A DNA stretch of 26,929 nt from a virus (Duplodnaviria > Caudoviricetes). The notes under the pieces were generated by a model that had not been told where the DNA came from, made no database searches, and was given only the letters and a program-made list of their open reading frames with translations. Below are positions 18,001-23,876 of this stretch, piece by piece; position 1 is the stretch's first letter; each line of letters starts with the position of its first letter. A program made the translations under genes and the position numbers. The DNA lies in IMG/VR virus record IMGVR_UViG_3300033558_000008, positions 1 through 26,929 of that record. One strand, given 5' to 3'.

Positions 18001-20939
18001 GGAGGTGCATTAGAGTCTATAGCACTAGATAGTGCATTATAGTAAGTAACTGCTTCATTAGATATTAAACCTTTTGTAGAGTCCCCTAACTTATTTTGTG
18101 TTTCTACTGCTTTAGTAGATATATCTGATAAGGTTTTTGCTGCAGTAACTGCTTTAGTAGACATTGATGTCATACCTTCACCTAATTCACCTAAGCCTGC
18201 TTTACCAGCAATGGCTTCCTGAATTAAAGCTCTTAATGCGGGAATGCTAGACTTAATTCTAGCTAAATCTTCATCATTAAATAGTGTTCTAGATGAAGAT
18301 TCTGCAAGTTTTACTTTTTCTAGTGCGGTACTTAATTCCTTGGTATAAGCTAATATTTGCTTACCTTTATCTGCTACGTTAGTATTACTACTAGATGCAC
18401 TTAATTTTCCAAGATTTTCAAGATTATATACTTCTCTACTGAAAAAAGTGTCGTTACGCTTAGCCTGTTCTTCTAGTGTCTTTAATGTTAGTTCTTGTTC
18501 TGACTTTATACGTTCAGCTGTATACTGTTTAAATGCATCTATTTGAGAAGTTAGGGCAGTAGCAAATTTATTATCAAAAGCTGCTTTCTGTTCTTGAGAT
18601 TCAAAACCTTTAGCTTGTTCTGTAGCTAGTTCCCTATAAGTTTCTCCTAAAATTCCTAATGTATCAGTATATGCTTTTAACTTTTCTTTTTGTTCATCTA
18701 ATGCCTTGGATACATCATTAGTTATACCTAGCCATTCTTTGGTTGTATCCCCAAATAATTGCCATATAGTAACTACTATCATAATAGGGCCAAATGCTGC
18801 ACTTACAGCCCCTATTAGTCCTTTGAAACCTAATGCGAGTATTTTTGTAGCTCCACTTGCTGCAGTGGTGGTTGAAGCAAAAATAGATGTAATCTTTGCC
18901 CCTGTACCTAAACTATTTGTAAGTGTAGGGATAGCCTTACCTGCTTCTTGGGTAGCTTTACCCATATTGAGCATTGCTGCACCTGTATCTAATATACCAT
19001 TTTTAAATCCAGCCCATCCTCCTTGATTAAAAGATGCAGATATTTTTGATAAACTATCTGTCATTAAATCCTTTAAACCACCTTTATTTATTGCCGATAC
19101 TGAAGCAATTTCAGATGCAGTAGCTTTAGCTTTAGCAGCCGCTAAGTTAGTAGCAGCTAAAGTCTGTGCGTTCATTGCTTCTACATCTTTTGTCTCTACA
19201 GGTAGTCCAGCAGCTACTGCAGCGGTCATAGATTTTTGTGCTATAGCTGCTTTTTCTTTTGCAGTTGCTAAAGCTGATGTGGCTGCTGCTTCTGGTATAC
19301 CACGGGATTCTGCTACCGTAGTCATATCTGGTAATTCAAAAGTAGCTCTAGATTTATTTGTAGAGTTTCTTAGTCTATCGGCTTCTGCACTAAGTTTCTG
19401 TAGACTAATAGTATTAGCAGCCTCTTCTTTTTGTAGTATATTAAGAGTTCCTTGGGCATTAACACGTTTTTGTATATCTATAAAATGTGCTGCAGCTATA
19501 TCTTTTGTTTTTGAAGATAAGACTAGATTTTCTTTAGTAGAATTAACCTCTAGTACTCCGGCATTTACTAGTTTATCAATATATCCCGCAGTATCCTTTT
19601 TAAACCCATATTGAGATTTTAATGATTGAGTAATTTGATGCTCTATATCTGCAGCAGATTTAAGCTTAGATAGATCACTATACCCATCTGTAAGATTAGA
19701 TAGTTTTGTAGATAAAGTTTTAGTACTAATACCTGCAGCACCTCCTTTTACAGAGGCTAAAGAATTAAATGCGGTTTTAGTACTTTCTGCTGTTATAGGG
19801 TTAAGTCCGCCTAGAGCTTTAATCTCAGCCTGTCCTTTAATAATAGCAAGCTTAGTAGTACTTATATACCCATCTACCTGTTTAAGCATTGCAGCATTAG
19901 CTGCGGAAGCCTTATCTTTATCATAATTAAATATACTATTAAATAATCCACCAAGTTCTGGTACTACTCGTTTTGCTAATGTAGCTCCTATTAATATAAC
20001 TAGTGCTTGCAGTCCGCTCTTAGAATCTGCCAAGAACTGCATTACTGGTGATATAAAAGTACTAAAAGCCCCTAATAATTCATTTAGAGCATTTTTACCT
20101 GTGGCTAAAAACTCGCTGAAAGGATCTTTAATTTCTGCAAATTTTTTCCATTTTTCTCCGAGACGTTCCACTTCATTAGCGTAAGCTTGAGTGCGCTGGC
20201 GTCCTGTTAAGTCCTCTGCCTTAACACCAATTTGACTAGCGTACTTATCAAAAGCTTGTTTACTTTTAACGAAAATACCTAATTCATCTAAAATTTCTTG
20301 TTCTTGTTTAGCGGTACCTTGTATAATACGACGTACTGAATCATTTGCGTCTCTACCTAAGGCACTAGCGGCTCCCCTGGCAATCTTAGTTAGACTTTCA
20401 ATTTGTTTACCCGCTAAACCTGCAGAAGTACCTACATTACTAAACTGCATAGCCTCTGCAAAACTAATAGCATGGCCTGAGGCCTCTACTAAGTTATTTG
20501 AAATACCTTTAAGATTTGCTCCTACAGATACACTCATCATTTCGGTAGCTTTACTTAGGCGCTCTACTGCGGCAGCTTTATTTAATGCCTCAAATGCTGC
20601 GCCTACAGCAAATATATTGGCAGCGAATGTAGCGTATAGTTGTACTACTCCACCTAATCCTTGTGATTGTTTTGCAAAGTCACGTCCGGCCGCACCTGTA
20701 CCTACGGTACCACGTACTTTTCCATATGCTTTATCATCAATACTATTACCTGCTGCAGTATTTGCAGTATTAATAGCAGCAGATCCTGGAGTAGAACGTG
20801 CAGCTGCAGATGTCTTAATACTACTAGCAGCTTTTTGTGCTCCTTCTAAATTTCCTCTAAGACTGGCTGCTTCTTTATTTGCTTTTTCAATATCTGTTGC
20901 TTTAAGCTTTAGCTCCATACCTATAACTGTATTTGCCAT
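9033..20939 (-). CDS. Tail tape measure protein (T5 pb2-like N-terminus), 3,968 aa
   Basis: Follows the tube and chaperone genes. N-terminal GRDFAKQSQGLGGVVQLYATFAANIFAV and EILDELGI motifs, a long Ala/Lys/Glu helical body, hydrophobic TM-like segments, and GEAGPEAIMPL and VGERGPEL TMP C-terminal-type motifs. SD AGGAG. Confidence 0.93.
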   Translation of the reverse strand: MANTVIGMELKLKATDIEKANKEAASLRGNLEGAQKAASSIKTSAAARSTPGSAAINTANTAAGNSIDDKAYGKVRGTVGTGAAGRDFAKQSQGLGGVVQLYATFAANIFAVGAAFEALNKAAAVERLSKATEMMSVSVGANLKGISNNLVEASGHAISFAEAMQFSNVGTSAGLAGKQIESLTKIARGAASALGRDANDSVRRIIQGTAKQEQEILDELGIFVKSKQAFDKYASQIGVKAEDLTGRQRTQAYANEVERLGEKWKKFAEIKDPFSEFLATGKNALNELLGAFSTFISPVMQFLADSKSGLQALVILIGATLAKRVVPELGGLFNSIFNYDKDKASAANAAMLKQVDGYISTTKLAIIKGQAEIKALGGLNPITAESTKTAFNSLASVKGGAAGISTKTLSTKLSNLTDGYSDLSKLKSAADIEHQITQSLKSQYGFKKDTAGYIDKLVNAGVLEVNSTKENLVLSSKTKDIAAAHFIDIQKRVNAQGTLNILQKEEAANTISLQKLSAEADRLRNSTNKSRATFELPDMTTVAESRGIPEAAATSALATAKEKAAIAQKSMTAAVAAGLPVETKDVEAMNAQTLAATNLAAAKAKATASEIASVSAINKGGLKDLMTDSLSKISASFNQGGWAGFKNGILDTGAAMLNMGKATQEAGKAIPTLTNSLGTGAKITSIFASTTTAASGATKILALGFKGLIGAVSAAFGPIMIVVTIWQLFGDTTKEWLGITNDVSKALDEQKEKLKAYTDTLGILGETYRELATEQAKGFESQEQKAAFDNKFATALTSQIDAFKQYTAERIKSEQELTLKTLEEQAKRNDTFFSREVYNLENLGKLSASSSNTNVADKGKQILAYTKELSTALEKVKLAESSSRTLFNDEDLARIKSSIPALRALIQEAIAGKAGLGELGEGMTSMSTKAVTAAKTLSDISTKAVETQNKLGDSTKGLISNEAVTYYNALSSAIDSNAPPALNASTIFGELGKSILAGGKLAAEALPIYIQFAHILKTLTAANVAPDIINASLKVFLDNATVRLSNLMGKGSGAKKAIEKYSEESKRILAGLKNSVEAYGLSIKRADNEFANTKAIDDRVKSIKGYASEEAIARERVASDLKAETQYQKDLTDAAKDYYSVLMDRTLKGPEGDKKKQEALATYELKMKELGLTKEASITNAIIQEQNSTTERAQAVITEELKKQDDIRKLAEGYNNLALDALDANLERMKNLGIYDEKRLVAEQNLIDKVKEEARIKAEIGLATANKDAVAAPVIAQISTADPGSDAHKEAVAKLIEINAAYVDQIDLINAGGKAKRLSLDITGAEKEALAEANDEMRKMQKLADSIEGAFNGLADSLGDVGKSFAKFGTGLSQTLTTMQKVATNNIKNKNAATAAEEKLAKAVKDGVSSEEDLAKLDEEVSLSKKKSAEEELAGIGETAGAAKKMFGEKTAAYKVLNAVETGVHMASMAMKAAEMAAQLGLLPAKIAGGAANLVSQGGFAGLAAVAGFVAMIAALAGSGGGSVPSVPSGISAADMQQSQGTGQSWVDGNLVDNGGGVFGDTSAKSNSIQNSLDYLEVISDSLVADNSYTRQSLLYLKNIEQGIGEVAKAAYGEVGIRTGSDFGTVESSTSNPGLLGLFATSETTEIINAGIKFTGTLASLSTAGDGLIKKFETVQHTETNSGIFGFFGSSDTSVNTAVKPLETKAEAAIRETFDYMGEFLVAQGSQLGLTAEQTLERANSLNIDIAASLRGLTGKESQEELNAMFSGILDDAAMKVAPQLKQFREFGEGFSETVSRVTNNSASINAAMNNMGMSLARIPETAGKATKEMNDKLAAAEREMIAAKAKIPEKIEYTHSYESGDVVETNANDIAAAEMIATEATEAYTEALNDVHQANSSLTVRNLELTEGLVKAAGGIEPLINNLDSLFQDFYSNLDKTIVTTNNLKESFSEFEVDMPAVEKVTKSWYLSIVKGKLAMDQSIKANAEATAGVLALQSSVLALVEVNEQTKELEEELAIMRGKISEDELSLQKKLDTAYTKTQKDLLKVIDSLKKLSEAAKTLEDAVKKLQDMLAGLNKDDLRDKEAISAINGILASFKTIFETELMPDTRVAFSNLSNALSDTVLAIQDSAMSYTDKTLAYRATTDLASIMAIGVKSEGLDEGAKLLLANAGKTLTTAMQIVVSDLNLHSEQNKQDAIDLLTLSNKSLKFIIETPDLDPVLQKLAIGSFGDVTANIGLIMSTPGMSSEDVSNFLTLNNRMQRNIILSLQSDSLSEEDKSLVFEHTSTTSRIVEMTLVGPDGVSGLTGETKDILLAAAADTTYRMSIAIKANDSDTMNFINAESKALEYVLTISKGNIPKEFMDILTAEGQPDAIKIIEYTLQIKANQAGIDINDYIKSNKLLVNPILAADSSDKMAAAVKKLGQQSVVTLSALLEPGNSFEEISTLAENTDVVIQARIDAGAADQEILDLTKARNVKISAAIDIAAATDALAQLSEPIFVDVITQLDRRSTRDFSEFVEAGNARNITVRLGIEGDDLTRVETALSTAGERLGKNLSDTEARAILDGFLTGKRQVEDEDGVLIDLNPLWDQDLVDESIRIAGNAIEEGLGDSLFNVFAKAKEVTRFTAEDLGISEIDFRDFNDEMQYFADQTPLTISAILEPGDTVNELQQLTSSLDIQKEILLDTGMAEEQVDALLEPQWLVIEALLEPAIAQETKDLLIQPEVLEIMADLDTEEADAAKNAITEIASLNITAVLNDASATAAKQELVSNSIIDFVATLDDTAAATVISNLQKPDPIFMGIEIDSVTAEDVIANITETRPAVIEITTKGEQTTAEVISGLGDPVDKLVNVIVVGAGEAAAATASLGGSTTFTVNVVYNDPGPPASSVTASALGNVFIPSSTTAFALGGLVKNTIVNKPTMFDMGIAGEAGPEAIMPLSRGKDGSLGVTVRLSEILPDLASTQALPDITISTGQMSGNSTKGYQLPDDYGDGNGAIFIDPTTGEVTGGSGTGGQFFPNAPDRPVLTEPPSPEAIKALADAIYDMQVEIAEFGLGIQQLGMSALDKAKSLVEIEGAKKFNELKALAEAAQDTSTDIVKLVEDWKQAQIDLLVATQKQDLMDELFSLTATRAQLLEKERKGIDESNLALFDAIQVRKEEIVQAGWAEKLAIANGTKTARQIALEKELANAINETTIALIKETYAQEDLNVLLKSIRTQEITLTELLYGAEEALKLTREDELAAMDESLRPRQKYIYALQDEQTIRNKLKDKINSNIGSLKEFIKTLQDTKDSLLLGDKSTLNPSQKYAEAKRQMDVVKAAATAVAVTDAEIATRNEAIGKLPDVTNTFLDASRELFASSEQYTQDFNSVLDLLDETSISLINQQSDSEKQLTELTGVGETLDTIEGLTADLLTAQANVLKALQDLKDSGTGGEDPGGGGIDASGAASATIESLYKSILNRASDAAGKEYWMNELTSGNQTLDQIKDNMRRSTEGQIESAYNTYLGRASDVAGKSYWMEQAAGGMSIDTIKENIRNSTEGIAHSGGGGGGGGGGGGTTPVKTTAELVNEQYTALVNRAATTTDIDYWKKRIDVDKDATIADVRTTLKASNEGKLEELFLSEWGRKSDTETKTMLMQHLEGEGADRWTLAGVKAWMDTEANKPADVVSSQTAYIISAFKEVLNRDPSTDEITKVKTGDLKTASELKVALRSSGEGVRNTLAEFATNGDKDNVWLTYSNMGSKVSDYDIPIKYTKADLKTYASSVDLLKKASAISTIVDTVYRDGLAQDISAWGAPNQLPGIASENALKAFNGINKTNTPTEGDQSIEGYLRLRSLGANKPTNSTDGMGTGSYIPSGSNWVPSAATIPGYYAGGLADGLSLVGERGPELIDFKTPTRVYSNSASNQLLSNKELIEEIRNLRKEVAELRKDQQEQTGHIISTNYDANIKGANKVANATEEAGLQALWAQRNKVKLA
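10288..10323 (-). repeat. Hexanucleotide microsatellite (CCGCCA)5 encoding a 12-Gly linker in the TMP
   Basis: cct-(ccgcca)x5-ccg on the plus strand; translates to HSGGGGGGGGGGGGTTP. Confidence 0.95.
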
Positions 20940-20982
20940 ATTCTCTCCTAGTATAGCACTTGCTATTAATTTTATCTACCCT

Positions 20983-21011
20983 ATTATACCACCTATGCAG
21001 CGCAGTGTAAA
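20983..21011 (-). promoter_or_regulatory. sigma70-type promoter for the TMP gene
   Basis: Minus strand TTTACA-N17-TATAAT with extended -10 (TGG-TATAAT), immediately downstream of a terminator. Confidence 0.8.
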
Positions 21012-21032
21012 GATGTAAATTTATTCAGGCGT

Positions 21033-21065
21033 AAAAAAGCCCCCTAGCTTTTATACTAGGGGGCT
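21033..21065 (-). terminator. Rho-independent terminator after the chaperone genes
   Basis: Minus strand AGCCCCCTAG-tataaaag-CTAGGGGGCT-TTTTT. The stem includes the TAG stop codon. Confidence 0.9.
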
Positions 21066-21379
21066 GTCTTAGGTTTATCCTTTGGCTTATTATCAGATAT
21101 TGCTTTAGATCTATGCTTATCTATCATAGATACTAAACCTAACATAGTCTTATGATCTTCCGCCGGCACATCTTCTATTATAAATAGATCTCGAATACCT
21201 TCTAAATGTTTCCCCATATAGACGCCGTTCATACCATCCCAGTCATCTCTAAGTTTACCGTAGAATGCAAAAGCTTCTTGGACTTCTGTAGGAAAATCCT
21301 CATAATCTACAGGTATTTCTTCTTCTATGGGTTCATTTCCCAGCATTTCACACATTTCAAAATAAGCGTCTTTAGTCAT
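21056..21379 (-). CDS. Tail assembly chaperone, second ORF (gpT-like; probably expressed as a -1 frameshift fusion)
   Basis: YFEMCEMLG.EP.EEEIP...L.D.WDGMNG.YMGK. Lies between the first chaperone and the TMP. No SD before its ATG, and its frame stays open upstream past the slippery site to a TGA just before it. Confidence 0.8.
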   Translation of the reverse strand: MTKDAYFEMCEMLGNEPIEEEIPVDYEDFPTEVQEAFAFYGKLRDDWDGMNGVYMGKHLEGIRDLFIIEDVPAEDHKTMLGLVSMIDKHRSKAISDNKPKDKPKTAP

Positions 21380-21420
21380 ACTAACGGCGCTATTCTGAAA
21401 ATATAGTGCTAAGAGTCTAT

Positions 21421-21858
21421 TTATTTCGACGTACTGGCTTTCGTGAAATTTGAAAGATCAGTGACTGTATCACTAATGAAACCATCAAAATTGGCAGAGT
21501 TTTGCATTAAGAATAGTGCATTATCCTGGCTGTACTCTAGTTCTGCTTCTGGATCTTGTCCAGTTAAGTCTACAGGAGCTAACTGTTCTAGATAAGATAG
21601 TTTAAACCCTGTCCATCCTTTAATACATGCGTTAACATATAGTTGTAAGAATAACTTGTCATCAAGTTCTTCTACTGGCTGACGATTTTTAAAACTAGTT
21701 TTTGTAGCTTTCTTACGAATACTAACTAGAGTTTCTCTAGATAGAAATACCGCATCAATCTTAAAACCACTAAGTCCAGGATACTCAACCTCTACTGTTT
21801 TACTTGGTACTAGTAAAGATTTAAGACTTGTAACCGGTGATGTTGTTAGATCTGTCAT
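21421..21858 (-). CDS. Tail assembly chaperone (gpG-like), 145 aa
   Basis: SLKSLLVPSKTVEVEYPG..GF...LSRETL..IRKKAT...IKGWTG...YSQDNALFLMQNS. Directly follows the tail tube gene. SD AAGGA. Confidence 0.85.
   Translation of the reverse strand: MTDLTTSPVTSLKSLLVPSKTVEVEYPGLSGFKIDAVFLSRETLVSIRKKATKTSFKNRQPVEELDDKLFLQLYVNACIKGWTGFKLSYLEQLAPVDLTGQDPEAELEYSQDNALFLMQNSANFDGFISDTVTDLSNFTKASTSK
21445..21451 (-). promoter_or_regulatory. -1 programmed ribosomal frameshift slippery heptamer A_AAT_TTC
   Basis: In-frame X_XXY_YYZ (TCA AAT TTC, Ser-Asn-Phe), 7 codons before the stop. The -1 frame runs uninterrupted into 21056..21379. Confidence 0.85.
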
Positions 21859-21891
21859 TTTTGTGTTCCTTTAATAATTATAACACTTGAT

Positions 21892-21922
21892 AAAAAGAGC
21901 CGCCAGTGATCAAGCTGGCGAC
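21892..21922 (-). terminator. Rho-independent terminator after the major tail protein gene
   Basis: Minus strand GTCGCCAG-cttgatca-CTGGCGGC-TCTTTTT. Confidence 0.8.
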
Positions 21923-21931
21923 AGGAGAAAA

Positions 21932-23362
21932 TTAAACTGAGTAGTAACGAATAGAAATATCGTTAGTCTTGTCTAGCGAGAAGGTATTAGCATTAGCGAT
22001 AGCGCTTGGTGTGCTACCGGCAGCAGTAAAGTTAATAGCTGTTGATACAACTGCTTGAACATCTACGCTAGGTACAGTAACAGTTACTGAAGGCATATCT
22101 AGAACAACCTTAGTACCGTTATTACCACCAACATTAATTACTAAAGAAGCCATAGGTTCAATAGCTGTTGGGCTTCCAGTAGTGATAGCTGCTAACATAT
22201 CAGATAGTAGGTTACCAGTCTGTCCAGTAGTACCAGTCTTTAAATAAGCATTCATAGTACCAGTAATAGCACGTGTACCGGTGAAGTACGTAATAGGCAT
22301 ATTAATAGTACCTAGATTAGCTGGAGTTACATAAGTAATGTTATTATTGATAGTAATAGAACCACCAGTAAGAGCGATTGTATATGCTGTACCCGCTGCT
22401 GTACTACCTAAAGCATTAACTAAAGCTAGAGATACTGTGCTTAATTTATTAGTAATAAATGCTGCACTAGTATTTTTAGTAGTAACAGAACCTAGGTCAG
22501 TTGAATCAATAGTACTGCTTTGTGTTAGTTTAGTACCTTGTCCAGTCCAGGCTACTGTTGCAATAGCATCTAAACCGAAGTCTAGAACGGCTTGATTCAT
22601 TGCACAGTTATCGATAACGTATGTTACGCTATCTACTAAGAAGATCATACCAAACTTTTGTAGTTGATTATAGTTAGATCCGCCGGCAGTCACTACTGAA
22701 TAAGTAGATGTAACTGGTGCCCATGCTGATTTATATAAAGTAACTGTATCTGCAGTAGCTAGGGTAATAGCTGCGATAGCTGCACCTGCTGCCTTAGGAT
22801 TAACTAATTCAATTTCGATTGAAGTAGCTGAAGGAGTACCTACAACTGTACCGGCAGAGTTAATAACTGTGCCATCTGTTGCATGTACAAGTCCACCAAC
22901 TACTACCTGTGCACCTGCTACTACACCAGTTAAGGGCATTGCTGTACCAGAAATAGTAAGTTTACCAGCACCAGCTAAATAAGCATAAGCTACACCAGAT
23001 ACACCAGTAATAGTTAAAGTATTAGCTGTACTAATATCATTAACACCTAGTAGTGCATTCCATAGTACGGCTTCTTCAGCGGTAATGCTAGTAGTAGCAT
23101 TAAATGGACGTACATAGGTAGAAAGAGAGAAGTCTACTGGAGCTAAGCTAGAGTTAAAAGAACGTTGACCGCGTACAGGAGCATTACCAGCTTCGGAAAT
23201 AGTTACTGTATCAGCATTAGCATTCTGAGAAAAAGAGAATCCGTCTAAAACTTGGATTTCTTGGGTATTAGCGGCGGTGAATCCAGTATCCTGAACTACA
23301 CCATAAGAGTTTACGTTAGTAGTGAAGAATACTCTACTATTACGTGATAGATTTAAAGCCAT
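21932..23362 (-). CDS. Major tail tube protein (T5 pb6-like), 476 aa
   Basis: N-terminus MALNLSRNSRVFF, EIQVLDGFSFSQ, RGQRSFN.SL.PVDFSLSTYVRP, DFGLDAIATVAWTG, ITINNNITYVTPANLG and FTGTRAITG are pb6-family motifs. Position after the tail terminator. Confidence 0.92.
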   Translation of the reverse strand: MALNLSRNSRVFFTTNVNSYGVVQDTGFTAANTQEIQVLDGFSFSQNANADTVTISEAGNAPVRGQRSFNSSLAPVDFSLSTYVRPFNATTSITAEEAVLWNALLGVNDISTANTLTITGVSGVAYAYLAGAGKLTISGTAMPLTGVVAGAQVVVGGLVHATDGTVINSAGTVVGTPSATSIEIELVNPKAAGAAIAAITLATADTVTLYKSAWAPVTSTYSVVTAGGSNYNQLQKFGMIFLVDSVTYVIDNCAMNQAVLDFGLDAIATVAWTGQGTKLTQSSTIDSTDLGSVTTKNTSAAFITNKLSTVSLALVNALGSTAAGTAYTIALTGGSITINNNITYVTPANLGTINMPITYFTGTRAITGTMNAYLKTGTTGQTGNLLSDMLAAITTGSPTAIEPMASLVINVGGNNGTKVVLDMPSVTVTVPSVDVQAVVSTAINFTAAGSTPSAIANANTFSLDKTNDISIRYYSV

Positions 23363-23438
23363 ATTTTTTCCTTAATTTGTGTACCTTAGCGTCTAGACTA
23401 GATATTTATCTGTGTTTGAAGCTTTGGTACTTGTTAAC

Positions 23439-23876
23439 CTACATTAGTTGATATCTCACCTGAAGATTGATTTCCCCTACTGCGTATGGGGCTAATAGGC
23501 CCTCATCTGTGGTGATAGAGGCAACTAAAATCTCAGTTGTCTCATAGTTTCTAACGCTGTCATAGACTAGTACTCTATTGGCGCTAATAACAGATTCTAC
23601 GTCTTCTAGAAGCTGTTCGAGTTGTTCTGTAGAGTCTTCACCCTTACAGTATAATTTTAGGCTTATACCTAAATAAGCCCAGGTAAAATCACCTGGAAGG
23701 TACTCGCGTTGCTCAGACCCTGGGGACATGTATATAGACATGAATTCATTGACTTCATCCCAGAATTTTAGCTTTGAAAATGCGTTACCGTAAATATTAG
23801 AAGTATATTTTGTACCATCTAATTCTTCTTTAAGTTTAGCTGCTAAAGCTTTAAGAATACTTGTTCTTTTACTCAT
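23439..23876 (-). CDS. Tail terminator protein (T5 p142-like), 145 aa
   Basis: MSKRTSI.KAL...LKFWDEVNEF...G.E.REYLP...ITTDEGLLAPYAVGEI. ATGA overlap with the upstream gene; directly precedes the tube gene. Confidence 0.88.
   Translation of the reverse strand: MSKRTSILKALAAKLKEELDGTKYTSNIYGNAFSKLKFWDEVNEFMSIYMSPGSEQREYLPGDFTWAYLGISLKLYCKGEDSTEQLEQLLEDVESVISANRVLVYDSVRNYETTEILVASITTDEGLLAPYAVGEINLQVRYQLM

Noticed and set aside
9033-20939. Intein, or lytic transglycosylase/peptidase domain, explaining the TMP size
   Set aside because: I could not see intein splice-junction or LAGLIDADG motifs, or a clear SLT, M23 or HExxH signature. A divergent enzyme domain cannot be excluded without an HMM search.
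3419-21406. Numerous short plus-strand ORFs (60-180 aa) in the ORF track
   Set aside because: All are antisense to long minus-strand structural genes, mostly have non-ATG starts, and show typical antisense composition.
21877-21905. Possible promoter (TGT-TATAAT) before the first chaperone gene
   Set aside because: It has an extended -10 only; the -35 position reads TGGCGG inside the terminator stem. Plausible but too weak to call.
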